Shown here in pieces: positions 38,117 to 47,099 of a stretch of 64,000 nucleotides of DNA (position 1 is the stretch's first letter; the number at the start of each line of letters is the position of its first letter). Location of the stretch: assembly GCA_021372575.1 (NCBI GenBank), contig JAJFUE010000059.1, positions 16,359-80,358 of the forward strand, read 5' to 3'. The notes beneath the pieces were generated by a model. The model worked only from the letters and a program-made list of their open reading frames with translations, made no database searches and was not told the DNA's origin. A program made the translations under genes and the position numbers. The stretch is from a bacterium (lineage in GTDB: Bacteria; Sumerlaeota; Sumerlaeia; MVZB01).

Positions 38117-38796
38117 TCGAGCCCCAGTGCGGATTTGAATACTTGAAATGAAATCGCCCGTCCCTCGCCAACGGTCTTGGATTTGTTCGTGCGGCATTTC
38201 GTGATAGCGAGGATGGATTTGAGCCGCGTCCAGTCGAGGTCGTTTTCCGTGAAGATCACGACGTAGTTGTAGGACTCGTTGAGGCGCGCCACGAGCGGGT
38301 AGATAGGATTCTCTTTTTCGGATTCATCCTGCGGCTTATCAGAAGGGGTCTCGTCGGCTTCGCGTTCAAGATCACAAAACAGGCGGTTCAGGCCCACGTC
38401 ATCGACCATGAGTGGATCTTCGTCTTCGAGGCGGCTCAAAATTCCTGCGAGCCCATCGGTAAACTCCCCCGCGATGTGCGGGTTGTTGGCTTCGACCATC
38501 GCAGCATCGGCAACTGTTTCATCCCAGTCCACCACGCGAACCGGCCACGATTCGCCGGTTTCGGGATCGGTGATATGCGGCTCGGGTTCAAGTTCGAGCG
38601 TGGCGCCCTTCTCCATCAGCACATTCACCCGTTGGTGTCCGGCTACAAGAAAGCCGGTCCGCCGGTTCCACACGATCCCGGCGATGTTGCCGAAACGCCG
38701 CATGGACGCCGAAAGCCCACGGCGGCTTTCGCCGTCAATCGAGCGCGGGTTTTCGGGATGGGCCGCAAGGTCCTGGATGCTTGAGAGTTCGTGCAT
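38113..38796 (-). CDS. ParB-like nuclease domain (ParB/Srx N-terminal fold) protein
   Basis: ..LAAHPENPRSID.. and ..LVAGHQRVNVL.. motifs of the ParBc family; typical position upstream of small terminase. Confidence 0.6.
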   Translation of the reverse strand: MHELSSIQDLAAHPENPRSIDGESRRGLSASMRRFGNIAGIVWNRRTGFLVAGHQRVNVLMEKGATLELEPEPHITDPETGESWPVRVVDWDETVADAAMVEANNPHIAGEFTDGLAGILSRLEDEDPLMVDDVGLNRLFCDLEREADETPSDKPQDESEKENPIYPLVARLNESYNYVVIFTENDLDWTRLKSILAITKCRTNKSKTVGEGRAISFQVFKSALGLE

Positions 38797-39034
38797 GGTG
38801 CGGTTCAGGGGATTGGACGGGTCCGGCTGCCTGTTTGGACCGGCGGCTCCGGCGCCGGTTAAGGAGAGGAGGAATGATTCGAGCGAGGAAAGTGCAGGGC
38901 TCGGAACGAGGCTTAACCCTGCGGGCGTGACAACGAGGAGAAGCCGGACCCGTCCAATCGATTATGGTGAGGAGAGGTGAATCCGGAGCGGCGCTCCAAA
39001 TTCGTGACGGATGAAGAAGATAGGCGATATGGAG

Positions 39035-39061
39035 TTGACAGTCAACGAAAAAGTATAATAT
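39035..39061 (+). promoter_or_regulatory. Candidate sigma70-like promoter with palindrome over the -35 (TTGACAGTCAA), upstream of plus-strand lysis-like cassette
   Basis: TTGACA at 39035-39040; TATAAT/TAATAT at 39054-39061 (spacer 13-15 nt, shorter than optimal); divergent intergenic region. Confidence 0.35.
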
Positions 39062-39123
39062 ACCTCTGCGCGACTAAGGCGGTATTTGATACGCGCCACA
39101 TACCACGGAAGGGAAGCTGATTC

Positions 39124-39432
39124 ATGGACGAAAGCACCAGCAGCGCCAGCGCCGGCCAGGTCAAGCCTGGCAGCGAAACCACCGAGTACCGGCAGGCTCG
39201 GCAGGCAAACACCTGGGGGATTGTGGGCCTCATCCTGGGCGGCATCATCGCCGTCGGGCCGGGCCTCGTCGATAAATTCTGGGGTGCAAACCAGAATTCG
39301 GTCGCATACATCGCGGCCGGCGGCGCGCTCAGCGTCGTGAGCGTCATCTACAAAATGCTCGTCGATCTCGGCTACATCAAATCGCGCACCGACGTCAAGG
39401 TGGCCCAGCAATTGGGCAGTGAGCAAAAATGA
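39124..39432 (+). CDS. Holin-like protein, class II topology (2 TM)
   Basis: Two hydrophobic helices (TWGIVGLILGGIIAVGPGLV; SVAYIAAGGALSVVSVIYKML) and charged C-terminus; GGAAGG RBS. Confidence 0.45.
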   Translation: MDESTSSASAGQVKPGSETTEYRQARQANTWGIVGLILGGIIAVGPGLVDKFWGANQNSVAYIAAGGALSVVSVIYKMLVDLGYIKSRTDVKVAQQLGSEQK

Positions 39433-39620
39433 CACTTAAAAGCGGCTTGATCCAATTCGCCGTCGCTCTGATCATTGAATTGTTAGATTGGGTGGTTGTG
39501 AATGATGTGTTTGAGGATAGGTCGGAGGATTCGAAAGGACATGCTGCGCTTCGTGCTCGCCTTGTTGCTCGTGTCCGTGGCCTCAGCTTGCAAAACGACC
39601 CGGACAATTTACGTTCCTGA
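39429..39620 (+). CDS. i-spanin (Rz)-like small protein with N-terminal TM
   Basis: ATGA overlap with holin-like gene; N-terminal TM LIQFAVALIIELLDWVVV; short (63 aa). Confidence 0.35.
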   Translation: MTLKSGLIQFAVALIIELLDWVVVNDVFEDRSEDSKGHAALRARLVARVRGLSLQNDPDNLRS

Positions 39621-39765
39621 TGGCGAGCCCGTGAGGCTCCGGGAATCGGTGCATGGCGCCAAGGTCTGGGTTCCTGATCAAGCAGGCGCATGGACGGCTG
39701 GCGTCATGGACTTGCCCGAGGGCTGGTATGCACTGCCAGACCCGCAGCCCGAACAAGCCAACTGA
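39541..39765 (+). CDS. o-spanin (Rz1)-like lipoprotein encoded in +1 frame overlapping the Rz-like gene
   Basis: MLRFVLALLLVSVASAC: signal peptide with lipobox A-S-A-C; Pro-rich C-terminus (..LPDPQPEQAN); starts inside 39429-39620 and extends beyond it. Confidence 0.45.
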   Translation: MLRFVLALLLVSVASACKTTRTIYVPDGEPVRLRESVHGAKVWVPDQAGAWTAGVMDLPEGWYALPDPQPEQAN

Positions 39766-40104
39766 CGCCATTCACGCGCTCAATTATTTCCCCCGTCGCC
39801 AGACCGATCTCGCGGCCGGGCGGGGGAATATTTATGTCAAAGAAGGGGGTTGTTTTTCATGTCCGGCTCGAGCTGTCAACGACATGAACCAGAGTTGTTC
39901 TTTACGATCACGCTGGATGAGAAGATAAGGCCTCGCTTGGCGACCTACGGCTTTATGGTCGAAGGCAGGCCTCAGCAAATGTGCCCGTTCAAAGATGTCC
40001 AAGGTCTCTCGCCCGCTCAGATATGCGCTCTTTCTCCGCCGCAGTTCCGCAAGTTGCCTGAACATCTTAATTAAACTGACTACAGTTCATAGCTGATCCC
40101 GACT

Positions 40105-40135
40105 GGGCGGTCCTTTGGGCCGCCCTTTACTTTTG
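40105..40135 (+). terminator. Rho-independent terminator after lysis-like cassette
   Basis: GGGCGGTCC-TTT-GGGCCGCCC stem-loop (9 bp stem, one G.U) followed by TTTACTTTT. Confidence 0.5.
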
Positions 40136-40527
40136 CCCTACCACGACCTTAGCCAAGGGCTCGTCGATCTGAACATTATCCCTTCCGACGTTGACAGTAA
40201 CCGTTGTCGGGATCAGAATTTAAGCGTCGGAGGCGGAGAAGCAGCGCTTCTGGAAGCAATGATCGAAGGACGGATTTTGACTGGCGGTTTGCACCCCAGA
40301 AATGCTGCCCAAAACCCCGGCCCGCTTCGCCTGATGTTCCGCGGTTATTCTAATGGGAAGCCGGCCTATTGGGTAGTCTGTCCTGAAATTTGCGAAACTG
40401 CCAAAACTGACTGTTCCCAAAACTAGATGGGTTCGCACCGGTCAAGGGAAATCTTTCGCAACGCGTGACGTTTGTGGGATAGTACGAGGAGCGGCTTGGC
40501 AAGTCACTTCCTGCGGAGGAGTAAATT

Positions 40528-41853
40528 TTGCGCGACGAAACCGACGAGACCAAGGCGGTTTACTCCAAAATCGTCGAGAACCTAAAAAAGCTCGCGCGCC
40601 TCGAGCCGGTTATGCATGGCTCGAGCGACTTTAAGCTGCGCCCGATCGCCTCCGAAGACGAAGTGCGTGCATTCGAGACGAAATACACGGTCAAGCTGCC
40701 CACCGAATACCGCAACTTCATTACACGTTGCGGGCGAGGCGGGGCCGGACCCGGTTATGGTTTGCTTGATTTCAAAGATCTCGAAATCGGATCGCTCGAA
40801 AAGCCGCCTAATTCCGAATGGTATCTTAAAGAAGCCTGGATTGGGGATCTCTCGAAACCTTTCCCATATGTGGAACCATGGAACATGGATGTGCCATATG
40901 AGGTGCTTGCGCAGAAAGACTCAGAGGAAAGCGACCGTGTGGTGGATCAATTTGGGGAGAAGTACTGGGCTCCGCTCGATGGCGCTTTTCCGGTCGCCCT
41001 CATCGGCTGCGGCTATTACTATTGGCTCGTAACGACCGGCCCCGAAGCCGGCCATATTTGGGTCGATAACCGCGCGGCAGATGGCGGGTTGCGTCCGCTC
41101 ATGCTACCCGGTCTGGAGCGCGTGACGTTCCTGTCGTGGTATCAAAACTGGATAGACAAGGCGTTTGCGGCGGCGGAGGAACAGGGCTTGCACGAGGAAA
41201 CCGAAGAGGCCAGGGCGATGTATGCACAGATCATAGCCGATGTGGAAACGCTCAAGCGCGCGAAGCCCAAAGTGTTCGGCGCGGATTCGCACGAATTCAA
41301 GCTCCATCCGCCCGTGCCCGAGTATGAAATCGCCGGTTTCGTACAGGATCATCACATCGAACTGCCCCAGGAATACCGCAATTTTCTGATGCGCTGCGGT
41401 CGCGGCGGCGCCGGGCCTTACTATGGACTTTTCGACTTTCACATGATGGACAACGGCTTCGGCCATGTGAAATGGAATGAAGGCGGCGACTTCGTCGGCA
41501 CACTTTCAAGACCCTTCCCGTTCACCGAGCCATGGAACGATCTCAGTAAGCATCCGGCCGACGAACTTTTGGAGCGTGATTGCGACGAGTATGACCGCCA
41601 GATGCAGGTGTTCGATCAATGTTATTGGGCGCCGATCGACGGGGCCATCCCGATCTGCCATCTAGGTTGCGCCCTGCGGCATTGGCTCGTGGTTACAGGG
41701 CCCGAAGCCGGCCACGTCTGGGCTGATCATCGCGCCGAAGAAGGCGGTCTGTTTCCCGTCACTAATAGCGGTGAGCGCGTGACGTTTCTCGGTTGGTACC
41801 GCGCCTGGCTCGACAAAGCCCTTGAGATCATGAAAAAAGAACAGGCTGAATAG
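40528..41853 (+). CDS. Tandem SMI1/KNR4 (SUKH superfamily) domain protein, 441 aa, internal duplication
   Basis: Two copies of the ..LP(T/Q)EYRNF(I/L)(T/M)RCGRGGAGP(G/Y)YGL(L/F)DF...YWAP(L/I)DGA(F/I)P.. block (residues about 50-200 and 270-430). Confidence 0.55.
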   Translation: MRDETDETKAVYSKIVENLKKLARLEPVMHGSSDFKLRPIASEDEVRAFETKYTVKLPTEYRNFITRCGRGGAGPGYGLLDFKDLEIGSLEKPPNSEWYLKEAWIGDLSKPFPYVEPWNMDVPYEVLAQKDSEESDRVVDQFGEKYWAPLDGAFPVALIGCGYYYWLVTTGPEAGHIWVDNRAADGGLRPLMLPGLERVTFLSWYQNWIDKAFAAAEEQGLHEETEEARAMYAQIIADVETLKRAKPKVFGADSHEFKLHPPVPEYEIAGFVQDHHIELPQEYRNFLMRCGRGGAGPYYGLFDFHMMDNGFGHVKWNEGGDFVGTLSRPFPFTEPWNDLSKHPADELLERDCDEYDRQMQVFDQCYWAPIDGAIPICHLGCALRHWLVVTGPEAGHVWADHRAEEGGLFPVTNSGERVTFLGWYRAWLDKALEIMKKEQAE

Positions 41854-42302
41854 GCCACCGCCCCGCCGCGCCGCGCGCGCCGGCCGATCTCGCTCGGGCG
41901 CAAGGTTGTTTGCCATCATCGTGATGGCATTCGCGCTGATTATTCTAGAATTTATCGAGTTCGCCCTGCGTGCGGCACTGGCTTACAAAACGCGGGCAAT
42001 CTGCATAACATCACAACAGCCGTGAACACTGGATTTCGGATTTCGGGAACAGTCAACAAAATAGGCATGTGCGGCGTCTATCAAAACCTGCATGATAATT
42101 GAGCTAATACCGTATCTCTATCCCTGATTAAACGGGGTCAACAGGCTGGGTGGCCGCCCCTTAAATATTTTCCTTCCGATCGCGTTCCTCAACACCAGTC
42201 TGGAGCCGGTTTTTATACAACGCGCTGCCGTGTCAAGCAACCGCACCCCGTATAATTCCGGTATCCGCGCGAGGTTGTTTCCCGTTCCCAAAAAGTAAAA
42301 AT

Positions 42303-42613
42303 CGTCAGTGATCCGTCACTGATCAATCACTGACGCGTCACTGACGAATCACTGATCGATCACGGATTGATCACTGACGCGTCAGTGACGCATCACTGAT
42401 TCGTCACTGATTGATCACTGATTTCTATAAACATTCTTATACGATCCAATTACCATTCAGGATACGAGCGGAGGCTTAACTCTTATAAACACAATGACCC
42501 GCATCGAATCACTGATGAATCACTGATTGATCACTGACGCGTCACTGATTCGTCACTGATCGATCACTGACGCGTCACTGACGAATCACTGATCGATCAC
42601 TGATCAATCACTG
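42303..42613. repeat. Iteron-like array: about 22 copies of an 11-bp unit (TCACTGA + 4-nt spacer) in two blocks flanking an AT-rich core (42422-42506); includes perfect 18-bp palindrome TCACTGACGCGTCAGTGA
   Basis: Direct reading: spacers drawn from cgcg, cgaa, tcga, ttga, tcaa, ttcg. Block 1 42303-42421 (11 units), block 2 42507-42613 (10-11 units). About 37-bp segment duplicated between blocks. Stops in all frames. Confidence 0.85.
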
Positions 42614-42645
42614 CAGGAACAGGGAACAGGGAAGGGAACAGGGAA
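42613..42645. repeat. Heptamer microsatellite (CAGGGAA/CAGGAA)n abutting iteron array
   Basis: caggaacagggaacagggaagggaacagggaa. Confidence 0.7.
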
Positions 42646-43026
42646 TATATTGTACATCCTAAAGGATGTTAGTCGTCACCGCCGCTTTCGCGGCTCCGGC
42701 GGCTGCGCCGCCCCCCTTCCTTTCATCCATTTCACCCGAGAAAATATTTTCTACGAATCCAAGAATATACAGACGCGGTAGAGTAGTACACCCTCCCCAG
42801 GGAAACCGATCGAAGCTCACGCAGAGTTTTTCGCGATTATTTCGCGTGAGCTAAAAATCTAAAATTATTCCTGCTTGTGAGCGGGCGGTTAAAAACCCAA
42901 CCAAACTCAAAGTTTTCCGCCGTAAAAAAAATTTCAAAATAGGGATTTACAAAAGCCCCCTGTCTGAAAGAAGCTACTCGCCATCATACGGTGGGCGTAT
43001 AGTCCACCACCCAAGGAGAGGACACG

Positions 43027-43785
43027 ATGAGCAACGAAACAATCACGATCGCAGACTGGATGCGCCGAGCCCCGAAACCGGTGGCCGAGCGATTCGACGC
43101 CGAGCGGCACGTCACGCTCGCCGATCTCTACGACCTGGCTCAGGACGAGATCAACCGCGCCGAGGACGGGCTGGTGAAACACCACCCGAGCACGATGAAG
43201 TCGCTGCGCCGGTTCGCCGACGACCTGCACGCGGCCGGAGCTCTGGAGCAGGGCAACGGAGCGGATAGCGGCGAGTATCCCGACGACTGGGCGATGAACG
43301 AGAACGAACCCGCCGCGCCTGTGATGGTCGCTACGGCTGATCCGGAGATCGCCACTGAGTCGACCGAAACCGAGCCGATCGCGGCCATGGCCGAAATTCC
43401 GGCTTTGGAAACCAGCAACGAACAAGCCCCGCAGATCGAGACCGAATCGCTAGTCGAACCCGCCGCGCCTGTTATTCCCACCGTCGCTGCCGCGACCGAG
43501 CTTGAGCCTGATTCAAGCGACGAAGGCCGCCGGAGCTCCCGCGCCGCCGCCTATCGCAATCAGGTCCGTGCCCGGCTTAAGGTCGATTTCCCGAACCTGG
43601 CGCTTCGCCGGGCCGAGTTCTCCGAGTCGCTGCTTCGGCCGCTCAATCGCAAATTCACGAAATGGGCCGATGAATCCGGCTCGGAGATGGCACTCAGCCT
43701 CGAAGGGGTGCTCGACCAGATCGGTGCGGCCAGCGAGCGCACGATCGACGAATTCACCGCCGCGTTCCTGGTCCAGACGGCCTGA
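43027..43785 (+). CDS. Acidic low-complexity hypothetical protein (first gene of early operon)
   Basis: AAGGAGAGG RBS; central E/D/P/A/T-rich segment. Confidence 0.45.
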   Translation: MSNETITIADWMRRAPKPVAERFDAERHVTLADLYDLAQDEINRAEDGLVKHHPSTMKSLRRFADDLHAAGALEQGNGADSGEYPDDWAMNENEPAAPVMVATADPEIATESTETEPIAAMAEIPALETSNEQAPQIETESLVEPAAPVIPTVAAATELEPDSSDEGRRSSRAAAYRNQVRARLKVDFPNLALRRAEFSESLLRPLNRKFTKWADESGSEMALSLEGVLDQIGAASERTIDEFTAAFLVQTA

Positions 43786-43797
43786 ACAGCGAAGCCG

Positions 43798-44436
43798 GTG
43801 AACCCACCGGAGAAGAACCCGAGAAAGAGGCGAAAATTCACGATGGAAGAACGCAGAACAAGACGCGGTTACGATTTCGGCGAAGTGGCGAGCGCTTTTC
43901 AAAAATCCGTGCGTCGGGGACTGCTCGACGACGCCCTCTACTGGGGCGTGGAGCTTTACCTGTCCGGCTTTCACGAATACGCCTGGAAACGAATGCGCGT
44001 GATGTGCTCGGAGGATATCGGACCGGCCGAGCCGAGCCTCCCCGCCCAGATCGCCGGGCTCTACGCGATGTTTCGGCAGTTCCTGGAATCCAAGCCGAAA
44101 CGGACCGGCGCGATGGGCTCGGAGAAACTCTTTTTCGTCCACGCGATCATGCTTCTCGTCCGCGCCCGCAAATGCCGGATCGTCGATCACGCGAATATTT
44201 ATCATTTCCGCGCTCATGACCAGATTCAGCGCCGCGAGATTCCCGATTGGGCTTTGGACAAGCACACCTATCGCGGCAAGCGCATGGGCCGCGGCATCGA
44301 TCACTTTTTCGAGACCGGAACGCTGCTCGAGAATCGTAGCGCCGAAATCGAGGACGTGTATCGCGACCGCGCAATGGAGTGGGCCGATATCGAAATGCCC
44401 ACGCAAGATGCCACAGGGCAGCTTGAGATGTTTTAA
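43798..44436 (+). CDS. Hypothetical protein (212 aa)
   Basis: ORF track, operon context; no motif recognised. Confidence 0.45.
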   Translation: MNPPEKNPRKRRKFTMEERRTRRGYDFGEVASAFQKSVRRGLLDDALYWGVELYLSGFHEYAWKRMRVMCSEDIGPAEPSLPAQIAGLYAMFRQFLESKPKRTGAMGSEKLFFVHAIMLLVRARKCRIVDHANIYHFRAHDQIQRREIPDWALDKHTYRGKRMGRGIDHFFETGTLLENRSAEIEDVYRDRAMEWADIEMPTQDATGQLEMF

Positions 44437-44495
44437 ACGCAAAATCCTCCGCAACTGCGGATGGAAAACTAGCCAACGGAGAGGAGAACCGTGAC

Positions 44496-46277
44496 ATGGC
44501 AATTGCAGCAAGAAATCGGGCGGACGATCTGCCCGAAGAACCGGCGCCGCCGGAGACCGAATCGATCCTCATGATCGATCTGGACAGGATCGAGCCTTCG
44601 CCCAAAAACCCGCGCCGCTTCCGCGACGGCGTGCGCGATCCGAAAATCCGAGAGATCGCCGAGTCGATCAATGCGGTAGGGGTCCTGCACCCGATTCTTG
44701 TCCGGCCGGTGAACAGCCATTACGAGATCATGGCCGGGGAGCGCCGCTGGCATGCCTCGCGCCTTGCCGGCCGGCCGACGATCCCCGCGATCGTGCGCGA
44801 GCTCGACGATAAGGCCGCCCTGGAAATCACCGTGATCGAGAACATGCAGCGCGAGGACCTGCACCCGATCGAGGAAGCGCGCGGTCTCAAGGAACTGCTC
44901 GACGCCGGTTACACCGCCGAGGATGCGGCCGCCCGGCTCGGCAAATCGACCGCCTGGATTTCGTGCCGGGCTCAGCTGGCCAAGCTCATTCCCGAGTTCG
45001 CTTCGGCGATGTCGGGCGAGGATGAAAACATCAACCTCACGGGCTGGAGCGTGAGGGCGATGGAGTTGGTTGCCCGCCTGCCCGAATCCACGCAAAAACT
45101 CCTTTGGGGCAAATTCTTGGAACACGCTGAATCGAATCAGAACGTCGAGCGAATCGAGCAAGCCACGACGAAAACGGTCGAGATGATCGTCGCCCGTTTC
45201 ATGCTCGATCTCAAAACCGCGCCGTGGGAGATGGACGCATGCTTTGGCGATTGTCCCGTGTGCGCCCAGTGTTCAAAGCGCAGTCAAGCCCAGCCCGATC
45301 TTTTCGGGGGCGATGAGGACGAGGACCGCTGCCTCGACCCGCAGTGCTGGGAGAAGAAATCCGACCTCTACACCGAGCAACTCGTAGTTCAAGCCGAGCG
45401 CGATTATCCGGGCATCTTGAAGGTCAGCTCCGATTATCAGACCGACTTGCCCGGCGTGCTCGGATACCAGCACTACACGATCAGCCGCGAGGGAGCCGAA
45501 GGCGCCGTCCCGGCCGTGGTTGTCGAGGGCCGGTCACCGGAAATGATTTGGGTGAAGGTCGATTCGGGCGAACGTTCGCGCAAGGCCGTTGCAAACGTAA
45601 CCGGCGAGAAGCAAGACGAGTCCACCCGGATCGCCGCCCGAAAGGCGCAGTACGACAAGCTCCGCCGCCGGATCGTGATGGACCTCATGGCGACAAAGCT
45701 CAAGGACCTTGTCGAAGATGGCGTGGGTCCCACTTGCGCCGTGACACCGCAGAAAATGCTCGCCTGCATCCTCGCAACCGGCCTGCCATATTCCCATCTC
45801 TCGACGATGGATTATGCGAGTCCCTGGCCAATCGTTCAGCGCAATCTGGACAAGTCCGAGGGCGAGCTCATGATGGACCTCGCCTTGCAGATGGCCGAGT
45901 CGTTCAACAAACGCCTGCACTCGTTCTATGACGAACCGAAGTGGGGTGAAGCGCTTGCGCTCTCGGAGCTGTTCGGGATCAAGCTGGACGCGCTGCTTCG
46001 GGAAGCGGCCGTTCAGAAACCATATCCCAAGTCCTGGCGTGCCCAGGCCGAGTCGTTGCCCCCAAGCCCGATCCCCGAGCGGGCTTTGTATTCGAACCCT
46101 GAGTCCCGTCATCCCTTCGAACCCACGAGTGAGAGCGACGAACCCACCGAAACCGAATCAGCCGATCCCGATGAAATGGCGGAGGACGGCCAACCCGACG
46201 AGGAGTGGGAGGACGAGGAACAGGACGATTACGAGGAAGAAGATTACGAGGAGGAGGGCGACGATGATGAAGACTGA
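44496..46277 (+). CDS. ParB/Spo0J-family N-terminal domain protein (593 aa) with Cys-rich (Zn-finger-like) middle region and poly-acidic C-terminal tail
   Basis: ..IEPSPKNPRRF..GVLHPILVRP..YEIMAGERRWHASRLAG..IPAIVREL.. ParB box motifs; CFGDCPVCAQC...CLDPQCW; C-terminus EEWEDEEQDDYEEEDYEEEGDDDED; GGAGAGGAGAA RBS. Confidence 0.6.
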   Translation: MAIAARNRADDLPEEPAPPETESILMIDLDRIEPSPKNPRRFRDGVRDPKIREIAESINAVGVLHPILVRPVNSHYEIMAGERRWHASRLAGRPTIPAIVRELDDKAALEITVIENMQREDLHPIEEARGLKELLDAGYTAEDAAARLGKSTAWISCRAQLAKLIPEFASAMSGEDENINLTGWSVRAMELVARLPESTQKLLWGKFLEHAESNQNVERIEQATTKTVEMIVARFMLDLKTAPWEMDACFGDCPVCAQCSKRSQAQPDLFGGDEDEDRCLDPQCWEKKSDLYTEQLVVQAERDYPGILKVSSDYQTDLPGVLGYQHYTISREGAEGAVPAVVVEGRSPEMIWVKVDSGERSRKAVANVTGEKQDESTRIAARKAQYDKLRRRIVMDLMATKLKDLVEDGVGPTCAVTPQKMLACILATGLPYSHLSTMDYASPWPIVQRNLDKSEGELMMDLALQMAESFNKRLHSFYDEPKWGEALALSELFGIKLDALLREAAVQKPYPKSWRAQAESLPPSPIPERALYSNPESRHPFEPTSESDEPTETESADPDEMAEDGQPDEEWEDEEQDDYEEEDYEEEGDDDED

Positions 46278-46653
46278 TAAACTCACAGCGCCCGAAATTG
46301 CATCGCGGCTCTCCCAGTTCATCGGCACTGAGAACTACTGGCGCCACTGGACCGGTGCGCTGGTCTATACCGACGGCGTGAAGGCGATGGCGGAAATGTG
46401 CGGGGCGTTCTGGCTTATCGACGCGATCGCCTCATGGCAACCGACGTGCCGCCGCGACGAGATGCTGCGTGAAATGCAGTTCTGGATCCTGAGACGCTTC
46501 GACGATCAGAAATGGGTTCTCGAAGTCGAACGCGACGAAGGCGATGTCGCTTTTCATCAGGAGATCGAGTTCAGCGATTTCCCGCTCCGTGAAATCAAGC
46601 TGTGGGTTCAGGCTGGGAGCCCGATGGTCCTGATGTTGCCCAGCGAGTATTGA
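46264..46653 (+). CDS. Hypothetical protein (130 aa; start MMKTDKL overlapping ParB stop)
   Basis: The N-terminal part of track ORF 45928-46653 is an alternate-frame overlap of the ParB gene with junk composition; the protein-like sequence begins at 46264. Confidence 0.4.
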   Translation: MMKTDKLTAPEIASRLSQFIGTENYWRHWTGALVYTDGVKAMAEMCGAFWLIDAIASWQPTCRRDEMLREMQFWILRRFDDQKWVLEVERDEGDVAFHQEIEFSDFPLREIKLWVQAGSPMVLMLPSEY

Positions 46654-46780
46654 TCGAAGACACGATTCAGCACACTCAAATTAACCCGATCCATTTTTGA
46701 ACCCGAGTCACTGCCTGATTCCAAACACACGGAAACGGGGTTGTAGAACCCTGCACAAAATTCAGAAAGGAACCCGAACG

Positions 46781-47098
46781 ATGAACGAATACATAAGCAT
46801 CGGTCCCGCGCCGCCCGGAGAGCCCTGTGCGCAAGTCGGCCAACCGGGCTACGAAGAACAGGCTCTGGCGGAATGCCGCCGCTATGTTGCCTTGCTTCGG
46901 CAGTATTTCGGCGAGGAGCCGCCCGGCGCGCGCCTGGCCGTCAAAAGCTTCCCCCACGATTTCGGCTCCTATTACGAAGTCGTCTGCTGGTACGACCGGA
47001 AGAAAAAGAAATCGATGGATTATGCCTTCCGCTGCGAAATCAACGGCCCCGCGACATGGGACGCGGGCGTGGAAATTCAGAAACCGGAGGTGGCCTGA
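46781..47098 (+). CDS. Hypothetical protein (105 aa; start MNEYISIGP)
   Basis: AAAGGAA RBS 8 nt upstream of ATG at 46781. Confidence 0.4.
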   Translation: MNEYISIGPAPPGEPCAQVGQPGYEEQALAECRRYVALLRQYFGEEPPGARLAVKSFPHDFGSYYEVVCWYDRKKKKSMDYAFRCEINGPATWDAGVEIQKPEVA

Positions 47099-47099
47099 C

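Noticed and set aside
39850-40426. Small ORFs 39859-40074 and 40115-40426 after the spanin-like genes
   Set aside because: The first has a plausible RBS but no features (mentioned in the lysis finding). The second starts inside the terminator hairpin and is likely spurious.
42303-42613. TCACTGA repeat array as a CRISPR array
   Set aside because: The unit is only 11 bp (7-bp core plus 4-nt spacer drawn from a few variants). There are no unique spacers of 25-40 bp and no cas genes, so it is not a CRISPR.
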